Shown: positions 13,726 through 24,912 of the stretch, piece after piece
Layout: each line of letters begins with the position of its first letter
Numbering within the stretch: position 1 is the first letter of the stretch
Source: Camelus dromedarius
Lineage: Eukaryota
Reading direction: 5' to 3'
Length of the DNA: 64,000 nt
Assembly: GCF_036321535.1 (NCBI RefSeq)
Contig: NC_087437.1
Location: 92,568,001 to 92,632,000, forward strand
The notes under the pieces: model-generated
What the model was told of the DNA's origin: nothing
Seen by the model: only the letters and a program-made list of their open reading frames with translations
The model's database searches: none
Position numbers and translations under genes: made by a program

Positions 13726-14186
13726 TGTTACAAAAGTGAATATTTCAGGTTGAAGTGCTACACAAGACAAGACTCTGGCCCAGTAGATGTTCACTGCCAA
13801 ACCAGGATGTGTGGTTTACCCTGACCATGAACCACTACTCATTGTAATATAATAAATATTGCAGTTTAGGGCCCCCCTCCTAGGGGATTTTTCTGTGTAC
13901 ATCATGGGTAAGGACATGTGCAAAGGGGACAAACATGACTAAGCATTCCAGGGGCAAGAGCCATCAATCAATCAAGAGACCACCTCCAAGCGAGGGTATA
14001 AGAGAAAGGGCAAACAAAACCATCGCTTTTCCTCCCTTGGATCAGCCCACCTCCTGCTCTTGGAGGTGTTTACTAACTAAATCCTTTAAAATCTTTTGCT
14101 ATACAATGCCCCATCTCCTGTCTGAATTCTTATCTTTTGGCTATGACAAGAACTGAGGTCTTTTCCCTTCCCCTTTTGGGGTAACA
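13726..14186 (+). mobile_element. ERV solo LTR, probably class I (ERV1)
   Basis: TGTTAC...GTAACA terminal inverted repeat, 4-bp TSD acat/actt, TATA-like gtataag near 13996, U5-like gaattcttatcttttggctatgacaagaac. Confidence 0.8.
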
Positions 14187-14189
14187 ACT

Positions 14190-14300
14190 TGAACAACTTT
14201 CATATGAATTCACTCTAATTTTCTTACAATGGCATTATATGTATTAATAAGTGAGGCTTCTAAATTTTAGTTGTGCTTTTGTCAAGGTCAACTGTCAAAT
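14190..14300 (-). mobile_element. Decayed MIR SINE fragment
   Basis: aagtgaggcttc...ttttgtcaaggtca resembles the antisense MIR core. Confidence 0.4.
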
Positions 14301-14326
14301 CTTACTCTAACTATTCAGTAAATGGA

Positions 14327-14691
14327 TGTTAGGGTCTGAACGTTTATGTTCCCCAAAAATGTATATGTTGAAATCCTAACCCCCAATGTGATATTTGGAA
14401 GTGGGGCCTTTGGGGTGATTAGATCATGAGGGTGGAGCCCTCATGAATAGGATCACTGGTCCTATAAAAGCAACCCAGAGAACTCCCTTACCCTTTCTGC
14501 CATGTTAGGACACAATAATAAGACAGCCACCTATGAACTAGGAATAGGTTTTCACCAGAGACCAAACCTGTTGGGCCCTTGATCTTGGACTTCCCAACTT
14601 CACGACTTCACGACTGTGAGAAATCAGTGTTTGCTGTTTAAGTCACCTAGTCTATGATATTTTGTTATAGCAACCAAAATGAACTTAGACA
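14327..14691 (+). mobile_element. MaLR solo LTR (MLT1A0-like)
   Basis: gttgaaatcctaacccccaatgtga...gatcatgagggtggagccctcatgaat...; ends ttagaca; TSD atgga/ataga. Confidence 0.92.
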
Positions 14692-15624
14692 ATAGATAAC
14701 CCAAAGTCACCAATTTTAAAGCCTTTAACAAACTGAAATTAGTGAGCAAAAGCTTGCAAGCAGAAAGACACTGACATTTATTCCTATAAAAGCACATGAG
14801 AAACTGAACACATTAAAAGATGAGAGTACAAATAATGTATACAATTTAATGTTGAAAATTCTGTTTTTGTGATTCAGAATATATCAATTCATGAAAATGA
14901 TTTTTTGATGGAGCTTCATTTAAAAATTTACATGCTGAACCAAAGTGAAATAAAATTGAGATTGCCTAAAACATCGTGTATGTGAATCTGACAAATCATT
15001 TAGATGAATTATAAACAAGTGAAAACTTAATTTGACAACTCATCTTTAAAAATATATTTCAAGGAAAGGGCTTTTGATTGGAAGTAAAAAGACAGTAACT
15101 GTGAAAATATTTGGTCTGAAATAATCACAAATTCCAATGTGAAAGTCTTAGTGTATGAGACTAGCCTCCATTTTGCAGAATATTCACTAAGCTTACATGT
15201 ACCTTGGTACCTGTAGAAAGAGTATTTCCTCAATTCAACACAATGTGGTTTAGAGAGAAATCACTTGAAGGTATGAATACAAGGTATGAATATAAGTAAT
15301 TAATAATAGGACAATTAAAATGTATTTTCAGAAAAATGCTAATAACTCAGGATTAGAGATATAAATGAATAAAAGTATATGACTATTTACCAAGAATAAT
15401 TATTCTTATTTTATTTTTAATGTACAGATAACCAATATAAAGAAGACTTTTTAAACTTGGCTTTAATATATCTATTATATGTTACTTTTATTTTTTAGAA
15501 AGACTTTTATATATGAATTTTTTGAATAAAACTATTTGAAGAGCCAACCAATGTTATGAAGCTAATTGGTTAATCCATAAATATACATTTCAAAACATGA
15601 ATAAATTGTATGTTTTTGTACCAG

Positions 15625-15665
15625 CTTTCACTCTCAAAATTGTCTTGGTTTGGATGATGTATAGG
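15625..15665 (+). mobile_element. MER94-like hAT fragment
   Basis: ctttcactctcaaaattgtcttggtttggatgat resembles the recalled MER94 end. Short match. Confidence 0.35.
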
Positions 15666-16479
15666 ATTTTTTGCAACTCTAGGACACACTGACCTTTATT
15701 ACCTGTAAGCCCAGGACAGACTCCCTTTCTTTCTTCACTAATTTTAAAAGCAGTCCCCAATTTACTAGATTGAACCCTCCCCTCCTTACAGAAGCAGACC
15801 CATCAACCACCACCCCTCTAGGTCCCCTAGCATTTGCTCTCCAGTGGGGCCTAAATTCAGAAAAAGGTAGAAAGAATTGTTGACTTCAGGCAGGTTTTGC
15901 TTTTGAGTTACCAGAGTACCCACATGGTGCATTGGTTTGGAAGAGTAAAAATAAAATGTAGGGTTGTTGTAGAAGTTCACACCTTATATATTATGCTACT
16001 TATCTCTAGCCATAAAATAATCCCTTCCTTGCTTATGTAATCTTTCTTTTTCCATAGTTTATTCTTTTCCTTTATTTCTGCAAACTTTCCCCTCTGCCAC
16101 CTTGAGCTGCTAGGGAGTGGCCCAGTCTGGAATCATATTTTAGTCTAAGAAATACTATTTTCAGTTAGTGATCTTCTTCTTTTTTTCATGAAGAATTATT
16201 TCTGTGATATTTAGATTAAAAGAGATGTTAGACAAGATCTGCTGAAAAGAGAAGGAGCTTATGATGTCCCAGCAGAACTGCCGAGCTGATGTGAAGAGAT
16301 ACAACTGTTGGTTTCACGAAGTGCCTTGCTGACTTATGCTAGAGGGATGGACATCACCTTTGTTATAATGCAGACATACTCAAACTGATTGACAGTAAAT
16401 CTTTGTAGAAGAAATGGATCCTGTTCACATAGGATCGTTACAAAAAAGCATTCTGTTTATACTCTACTATAGTAGATTT

Positions 16480-16636
16480 TTTGCATTATAATATTTGTAT
16501 ATATGTCTGTCTCTCTTCTCTCCCACTAGACTCTAAGCTGTTAAGAATTGGGATCTTATTAATCTCTATTTCCCCAGGGCCTAGTATATTCTGGGCACAG
16601 AATAAGCACTCTGAGTAATCACTGAATGAAGGAATC
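16480..16636 (+). mobile_element. LINE-2 3' end
   Basis: tctcccactagactctaagctg...ccccagggcctagta...ctgggcacagaataagcactc...tgaatgaaggaat. Confidence 0.8.
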
Positions 16637-16954
16637 ATGAATTAAATCATGTCTACAAATTCTCGTATCATGAATACTGCAAATGCTTGAAGAATATAAT
16701 GAATTATTCACATTATTGTTACATGGTCTGTTGCAAGTCATCTGCCATGGGGGAAGCCTTTCTTTTGCCACATTAGCATTATTAAACAATGTTCATACAA
16801 CTTGCACTATTTTCAGGATGACCAAGACCCTACCCCAAAAGATTCAAACATTTCTTTAGTATTTTTCCTTCCTCGCCAGTAACTCTGTAACCCAAACTAC
16901 CATGGCATTGAAAGTATAAAAACATAGTGAAAAGGAAAATATTTAACTTTTAAA

Positions 16955-17078
16955 GTTTCAAGATGCTTTAAAGATCAATCACCTAGTACAATTTCCTCAA
17001 TTAACAAATGAATCAACTCTTACCCCAGGGAAACTTAATTTATCCAAGTTCTCAAGAGTTAGTGATGAGGCCAAGGGA
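16955..17078 (-). mobile_element. MIR/MIR3 SINE fragment
   Basis: ctcaattaacaaatgaatcaact...aatttatccaagttctcaagagttagtgatg. Confidence 0.55.
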
Positions 17079-17310
17079 AAAAAAGAAAAGGCAAGCCTCT
17101 TAAACTGTATTTTTTCCATGATGACTGAAGTTAGCAAAAGGAAAACAAACAGAAATAGAAATTTTAAAAAAGTAATGAAGAAATTAGAATAAAAAGTACA
17201 TAAGGAGATAAATTTATTTTATGCAATAGATTTACTTTTTAACATTTGTGTGCACAACTCCTTTTAAAGTTATTTCATATTAAATGAATCCTGGCAATTT
17301 GAAGGAATCC

Positions 17311-17689
17311 TGTTTTAGGTCAACTTCCCCAGAGAACAATCTTTGAGCATCTGAGATTCGCATGCAGGAATTTTATTGAGGAATGCTCTCAGAGCAACAT
17401 CTTTGAGTGTTTGAAGGGGCACTGGACTGGACAGGAGGAGTAGTTAAACTGCAGTGTAATTGCAACAAAGATTTAGCCGGTTCAATGGAGGCTTTAGATT
17501 TGTCCCCAGTTAAGGAAAGGGGGCTAAATTTTGTACTCCCCCTTCAAACAATCGATGTACCCAAGCTGAGGGTAATTCCTGAGGAGAGATTTATCTGTGA
17601 ATCTTCAGCAACCAATCTTCTCGGCAACAAGGATAATACATCTCCAAACTGGGATGGAATCTGAGCAATGCACCATACTGTTCACTACT
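17311..17689 (-). mobile_element. 3' LTR of ERV-L class provirus (LTR16-like)
   Basis: tgttttaggtc...cactact; homologous to 29457-29872; abuts the polypurine tract (minus strand ggaaggagtggac, 17690-17702). Confidence 0.82.
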
Positions 17690-18049
17690 GTCCACTCCTT
17701 CCTTGTGCTGCTCAGATCCATTTACTTCAGATAATAAATTCACCCCACCTGGGAACAGTCACTCCAGGATTCAAGTTTATCTCTTCTTCTAGGAAAACGT
17801 ACAATAAGAAGGTTAGTAGAAGGAACTACGTGCCCTGCTACTATAGCTGGTGAGAGGGCCACAAATATTATCCGCCCTTCCCTACCACCGCACATTCTTG
17901 ATTCATTTCTGCTAATAAGAGTGGCTTACGTGGGGTCCTATACCTTTATCCCTTGGGGGAAAGAGTCCCTAGTCTTATGCCTGCTCAGACAGTTGCCTCA
18001 TTTACTGTAAAAATTAAGTAAAAATGTATCAACATATGACTGATTATAT

Positions 18050-18300
18050 CACCTGAATATGAAAGATGTCCTTCCCAATTGTACCAATTATATAGCACCA
18101 GTTCTATTGTGCTATTGATGAACATCAATGTCCCTGCCAGGATGGTGACTCTTCCCATGCTTACTGGTCTCTTGGTAAATGAAGCCCAAAGCAATGAAGC
18201 AATGAGGTAGTAGCAGCCATAGCCTGAAGTGTAATGGGACACTTTTTATGTTCCTACTAGAAGAATTCTCCTTTGGGAATCAAGACTTCTAGACCCATAG
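18050..18300 (-). pseudogene. Retroviral dUTPase remnant
   Basis: GLEVLIPKG...VPLHFRL...GRVTILAG/IDVHQ/IELVLYN versus recalled ERV-L dUTPase LEVLVPEG...IPLNWKL...KGVTVLAGVIDPDYQDEISLLLHN. Frameshifted. Confidence 0.75.
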
Positions 18301-20099
18301 AGTCAAAGTTATGGGGTTGAGGGAATGAAAAACACAAATTCTGCAACTAGATTATTGGCAGTAATGTTACATGAAACCATCCCCTCCCATTTATTCTTAG
18401 ATACATGAACTCTAAATGGATATATAACACCATATGATGATTGTTGATTTAAAGTCTACGCTGCATTCTGGAGGATGGAGTACCAATATTAGAGGACATC
18501 ATCTCTACGCTAATGCCTCAGATATATTTTCAAATGGCCATTCCATTGCTCAGCCATGCTGGAAAAAAAAAGGGTGGTATTGTACATAATAGGACAAATG
18601 ACCAAGTGGTCATATGCTCACACCCTGTGAGCTGTAAAGTGGGTCCCTTGATTCAAAACAATGTTAAGCAGAATTCTATGTTGGTGAAACAAATAATCTA
18701 TAAACCTTTGGATAGTGGAGCTGGATAAGGTCCTCTAGTCACGGGAAACCCATATGTTTGGAGCATGTGTTTATGTAAGTCAAGATGAATTGCTGCTAGG
18801 ACACCAGGGATTTAGCGAAATCATTTTGTCACAAAATAGCTTGCTAGCTTTCTTGAGGAAAGAAGCCTTGTTAATGGCTTAGCACTGTTCTTTGTTGCTG
18901 GAAGGCTGTACATTCAACAGCAGCAATAAGTAGATCAACTTTATTGAATGGGAGCCCAGGCTGTTGAGCCCAGGCATGATTGACATCCCTGCCACTCAAG
19001 GCTATTCCATTTATTCTCCCCTTCTGCCAAACTGGGCAGCTGATGACCAAATCAGGCTGATGTCAACTAGCCACTTGATAGTTCAGTGCTTCTTCTATAA
19101 CGGATGATCTACAGCAGGAATCTATCATGTATTACATGGTTTTTCACACTTCATGCCTCCTGTAGATTAATCTATAAACCTCATCCCTAGAAAATTATTT
19201 TTTCCCAATCCTCAAATCTTTGTTTTTCCAAATCCCTGATCAATCCTGATTCATTCTTCACTGCCCATGAGCCCACATATATTCTAACCTCAGGCCACTT
19301 TTCTTCCACACAGATATATACTGTTCAAAGCTATACTCATTGGGAGGGTTTCTCCTCATATCTATCTTTCAGGTCCACTCCTACACTGATCTATAGCACA
19401 GCACACTGGGTTCTTAGTTGGCATACCAACTCAACCCATCTATGACTTGAGCTCAGCCTTTTCCTCCTTCATCAGCTATTCATAATGAATTCCCCACACA
19501 CCACAGGTGCATGCTACATAAGACATTCCAAGGTAACAGTGGTAGATGATATGGGGCGTGAAACACCTGCTTGTGTTGCTTACCTGTACCCTCTGACCCT
19601 GCTCATGAATAATGCTGCCAAGATGAACTGCTACTGGACCTGATTAACTTATGACTCGATGAGTTTGACAGAACCCAGGTCTGCACGGTTACTTGATTTC
19701 CATTTACATTCTCTGTCTCTATCAAGACTCCTAGCATCCCACAGGTATCAATCAAAAGAATACAATTTTATGTTGCAGATGGCACAGTCCTGCTCCAGAA
19801 CACTAAAATTTTCACATTATAATTATCCATTTGATTCATGCTATAACTCCACATGGTGATTATGCCTACCAAAGACACCTTTAATATCATAGTCTTTTGT
19901 GTTATCTTCAAGCAAGGGGTGAATGAGGCAGCCCCACTTGTACATTGGCCAGAACCTTCTGTTGAATGCTTTCCTGCTCAGTGTTCAGCTCAAAGCTACT
20001 GGCCTTCCATATCATTTGTTTACTAGGAACTGTGTTTTCTTTCTTAGCAGTGGGAGATGAAAGATACAATAAGATGTCCTTTGCTATGGAGATGATCTG

Positions 20100-20400
20100 A
20101 CATATACTGGATCACTGAATCACCACAAAATTCACTGATGTGGAAAGTCCCTGAATCTTCACAGGCTTTATTTCTCCCAATCTGGACTACATGTGTCTTA
20201 GCAAGGCCACCAACATAAATGTTTATGCTTCATACAGTCTGTTTAATATAATGACATTGAAATCATGGATCAATGTGATTTCATATGGATTTTTCATGTT
20301 ATTCAGTTCCCTTCAGGCTATATTTATGATATTAGGGTAAGAGAATTAACATAGCCCTGAGAAAAGACTATAAATACAAATTTTTGTACATCAAGTGTGA
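20100..20400 (-). pseudogene. ERV-L reverse transcriptase remnant
   Basis: FIVFSQGYVNS (LPQGY motif), ITLIHDFNVII (decayed TLVHYIDDI), EIKPVKIQGLSTSVNFVVIQ* (EINPTKIQGPSTSVKFLGVQW). Confidence 0.85.
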
Positions 20401-20497
20401 ATGTTAACTTCTTCTGGTTCTCCTTCCCAACAGGAATGGGAAGTAATACATTCATCAAAACAATAGTTGCTTAACAAGTTCCTGAAGCCTTGTTGTG

Positions 20498-20765
20498 CAG
20501 AGCCAGGACTAGAGTGAAGTCAGTAAGACATATGCATCAGACATAAAATTTAACAGAACACCAAAAACTCAGTAATGGAGATAAATAACACTGCAATGTA
20601 ATATATTTTTAAAAACTCATTATCAAGCAAAAAATCCATGATGAGCAAAATATCAAAAACTTTAAAGACATAATCAATATTACTGATTTTTCCTTTTGCC
20701 TCAAGCTCCAATATGGCTTGGCATGGTGCTGTTTCTGATACTGTCTTTATTTAAGATATTGTTAC
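20498..20765 (+). mobile_element. hAT MITE (MER96B-like) inserted in ERV-L pol
   Basis: Begins cagagccaggactagagtga; contains aaaaactcagtaat...aaaaaatccatgatgagcaaaatatcaaaa...ccttttgcctcaagctccaatatggc. Confidence 0.7.
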
Positions 20766-21424
20766 ATCTGGTACAGCTCTTGCAATTGGGACCACTGCTT
20801 AGTTGAGTTTGTGGTAGTCCACTGTCATCTTCCAGCATCTATTTGATTTTTTGTTGTTGGGGTAAGGCTGGAGAATTAAATGAGATTCACCATTCTTGCA
20901 CCTTTTATGCCTTTAGGCAAACCTTATGCAAAATGTTCTTGATATACCATCTTGGCCAGCTTCAGGAACAACTTCAGGGGCTTCTACTTGGCATCCCCCA
21001 TCCCAATAGTCCTTATTCTATGGACAATGGGATTAAAGCAGCCTTTGCATTATAAGTATGCATTTAAAGGCTAGAGAAATGTAAAATAAGTGGTCTCATG
21101 TATTCGGTGTACCAAAGACTCCTTTATTACCAGCCCTCTACATGCCCCCACTCTATCAGGGGGATGATGCTATCAGTATCAACTAAAACCTGTGCCCTAC
21201 TGTCCTCTAAATGTCTGGCTATTTTCCTTTCCCCAATGTATGGTTATCCAAGTAAATGGATATAGGTCCCTTTGAGTAATGGACTTTGAATCTTTATAGA
21301 ACTGTATATTTGCTTTGGTTTTGCAAGTTCCTTCTCCTGGAAAACTGGGCTTCCCTTCAGTCAATGTAATCTGGAACTTAAAATTGGTTCATGCAGCTGG
21401 GCAAGAGATTGTGACAGTCAGCCA

Positions 21425-21997
21425 CGGAGCCCAGTTTAAAGCCCTGCCCAGAAGCAGAGTCCAGCCTATGGCCATACTATGTTGCTGAACATAGCCTACA
21501 GCCTCAGCAAAGCAGGAAACCCAGTCAGTGACCCAATCCAATCACAGAGCATAAGCTGTGGCCACATCCAACCAGAGAGCCTGAATAGTTACTCCATCTG
21601 ACCACAGAGCAGTCTCTAGCCTCATTCAACTGCAAAATACAATGGGAAGCCCTGCCCAACCAAAGAGCCACTCCAGCAACTTTACCAAACAACAGAACAC
21701 AACCAGCAGCCTACTTGATCACAAAGCCCAGCCTGTGGCCCCATATAACTTTAGGGCACAGCTTTCAACACTCCCAATCACAAAGCACAGCCTAAGGGAC
21801 CACCTGGCTGCAAAGCCCAGCCTACAGACTCACTATAACTTGGAGTCCAGTAACTGGCACCAGTCAGAAAGCATAGCCTGAGACCCCAACTGACCAGGAA
21901 CAATTGTGGAGTCTACCCTACAGCACTGCCTAATTGAAACCCAACAAGTGGAACTGCTCTTTTCAGGGAACACAGCCTGTGACCTCACCTAACCAGC
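21425..21997 (+). repeat. Degenerate ~30-bp tandem array (likely L1 5'UTR)
   Basis: Units such as aatcacagagcataagctgtggccacatcc, gatcacaaagcccagcctgtggccccatat, aatcacaaagcacagcctaagggaccacct. Confidence 0.75.
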
Positions 21998-23303
21998 AAC
22001 AAACTGGCCTTAACTATCAATAATTACTTTAAACATGTTTAAAATAATTCTCTAATCAAAAGATATAGAATGTCTATCTAAGTGGAAAAAAATAAGAAAT
22101 CAAGATTCAAAGAAATGCTGCTGTCTCCAACAACAGGTTCATTTTAGCATTAAGGACACACATAAGTGGATAGTGAAAAGACAGAAGAGATATTCTAAGC
22201 AAACAGTAACCAAAAGAAAGCAGAGATAGCTATACTTATATCAGACAAAATAAACTTTAAGCTAAATATGGTCACAAGAAACAAAAAAAGTTCATTATAA
22301 AATAATAAAGAAGTCAGTACATGAAGAAGATATAACAATTATAAATATTTATATAACTAGCATCAGACCACCTAATTATATAATGAAAACAATAACAGAA
22401 TTGAAATGAAAAATAAACAGCAATACAATAATACTTGGGATCTATATTAACAATGCATATATTACCTAGACATAAAGTCAAAAAGAAAACACTGCATTTG
22501 AACAACAGTATAATATAGTATAGCACTATAAACAAGCCCAATAGACTTATACAGAACATTCCATTCAACAGAAGAGAATACGTATTGTTCTCAAGAACAC
22601 ATGAAGCATTCTCCTGGAGAGATCACCTGTTACGCCTCAAAACAATTTTCAATAAATTCAAGAATATATAATTGTATCAAATATCTTTTCCAACCACAAT
22701 GGTATGAGATTAGAAATCAAAAACAGAAAAAAAAAAACTAGAATTTTTTAATATGTGGAAACTAAATACACATTCCCAAATAAACCAATGGATCAAAGAA
22801 GATATCAAAAGGGAAATAAAAAAATTTTTGAACAATTGAAAATGGAAACACAACAGACCAAAACTTATAAAATGCAGTAAAAGCTGTTCTATGAGGGAAT
22901 TTTATAGCTATAAATGTATACATTAAGAAAAAAAGAAAGATTTCAAATAAAGAACACTATATCTCAAAGAATTAGAAAATGAAGAAAATACTAACTTCAA
23001 ATTTAGCAGAAAGAAGGATATAATAATAAATAAGTGAACTAGATAATAGAAAAGTAGAATAAATTAACAAAACTAAAGTTAAACAAAATTGACAAATCTT
23101 TAGCTAGACTAACCAGAGAAAGAAGAAAGAGGACTTACATAAAATTATAAATGAAAGAGGAGACACTACAAAGGATCGTAAGAGAACTATGAGTAATCAA
23201 ACATCTACAAAGTAGACAACTTAGAAAAAATGGATAAACTCCTAAAAATGTATAACCTACCAAGACTGAGTCATGAAGAAATAGAACATCTGAACATATC
23301 AAT

Positions 23304-23397
23304 AATGACTAAGGAGATAGAAACAGATATCAAAAACCACCTAACAAAGAAATGACTAAGGAGATAGAAACAGATATTAAAAACCACCTAACAAAGA
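23304..23397. repeat. 47-bp tandem duplication
   Basis: 23304-23350 and 23351-23397 are 46/47 identical. Confidence 0.97.
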
Positions 23398-23448
23398 AAG
23401 CTCAATGATTTCACAAGTAAGTTCTACCAAATATTCAAAAAAGAATTA

Positions 23449-23672
23449 CGGTTGACCCTTGAACAACATGTGTTTGAACATCATAGATCTACTTATCTGT
23501 ACATTTTTTTAAAATAAATACATACTACAGTACTACATGACCCGTGGTTCGTTGAATCAGTGGATGCAGAACCACAGATACAAAAGGATGACTATAAAGT
23601 TATACACAGAATTTTGACTGCGTCAGGGGGTGGATCAGTCCCCTAACCCCTATTTTGTTCAAGGGTCAACTG
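23449..23672 (+). mobile_element. Tigger2-family MITE (Tigger2a/MER8-like)
   Basis: TIRs cggttgacccttgaacaa / ttgttcaagggtcaactg; TA target on the left, CA on the right; interrupts L1 ORF2. Confidence 0.92.
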
Positions 23673-24912
23673 CAACACCTATCCATCTCAAACTATTACA
23701 AAAAATAGAAGGGGAGGGAACACTATCAAACTCATTTTATGAGGCCAGCATTATCCTAAGACCAAAATCAGACAAAAATATTACAGAAAAAGAAAATTAC
23801 ATGCCTATATCCTTGGTAAGCACAGATACAAAAATTCTTAATAATATACTAACAAACCAAATTCAACAGTAATTAAAATGATCATACACCAAGTGGGATT
23901 TATCCCTAGGATGTACGGATAGCTCAACATACGCAAATCAATCAACACGATACATCACATTGATAGAATGAAAGATAAAAATCATACAACCGTCTCAATA
24001 GATGCAGGAAAAGGATTTGACAAAAATCAACATCCTTTCACAATAAAAACTCAACAAATTGGGTATAGAAGGAATGTACCTTAACATAATAAAAGCCATA
24101 TACGACAAGCTTATAGCTAACAAATTCAATGGTAAAAGGTTGAAACCCTTTTCTCTAAGATCAGGGCAATGGTCTGGGCAATGATTTTTAGCTATGACAC
24201 CAAAGTACAAGTAACAAAAACAAAAATAAATTTGCAGGAATATATCAAATGAAAAAAATTCTGTGTAGCAAAAGAAATGGTAAACAAATGAAAAGGCAAC
24301 CTATAAAATGGAAATATCATTGTAAATCATATCTCTGATAAGAACTTAATATCCAAAATATATGGAACTCATACAATCAATAGTGAAAAAATGAAAACAC
24401 AAATAATCTGATTATAAATGTGCAAAAGACCTAAATAGACATTTTCCAAAGAAGTAAACAAATAGCTGATAGGTACATGAAAAGGTGGTCAGTATCACTA
24501 ATCATCAGGGAAATGCAAATCAATCACCTCACACCTGTTAGAATGGCTATTATTAAAAAGACAAGATAACAAGTGCTGGTGAGGATGCAGAGAAAAGGAA
24601 ACCCTCGTGCACTGTTGGTGACAATATAAATTAGTACAATCACTATGGAAAACAGTATTATGGCTCCTCAAGAAATTAAAAATAGAACTACCATATGCTC
24701 CAGAAATCTCACTTCTGGGCATATATCCAAATGAAATTAAATTATTCTCTGAAAGAGATATCCACACCCTTGTGTTTATTGCAGTATTTTTTTTTCCAAT
24801 AGTCAAGGCCTAAATACAACCTAAGTGTCTTTCAGTCATTGAATGGACAAAGAAAATATGGTATACATATATACAATGGAATATTATTTGGCCATAAAAG
24901 AAAAGAAATCCT

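Larger units (their letters stand above)
17690..21420 (-). mobile_element. ERV-L internal region (HERV16/ERV3-16A3-like): pol and dUTPase remnants
   Basis: Minus-strand translation gives RT and dUTPase motifs; lies between paired LTRs. Confidence 0.85.
21420..24912 (+). mobile_element. L1 (L1MA9-like) inserted in ERV-L, left part: 5'UTR array plus internally deleted ORF2
   Basis: ORF2 start-like ccttaactatcaataattactttaaa at ~22008; ORF 23630..23872 reads [32 protein letters not shown]; continues at 28426. Confidence 0.9.

Noticed and set aside
21425..21997. Regular ~30-bp periodicity as a CRISPR-like or coding repeat
   Set aside because: Units are contiguous and degenerate with no unique spacers, the frame is not maintained, and the context is mammalian.
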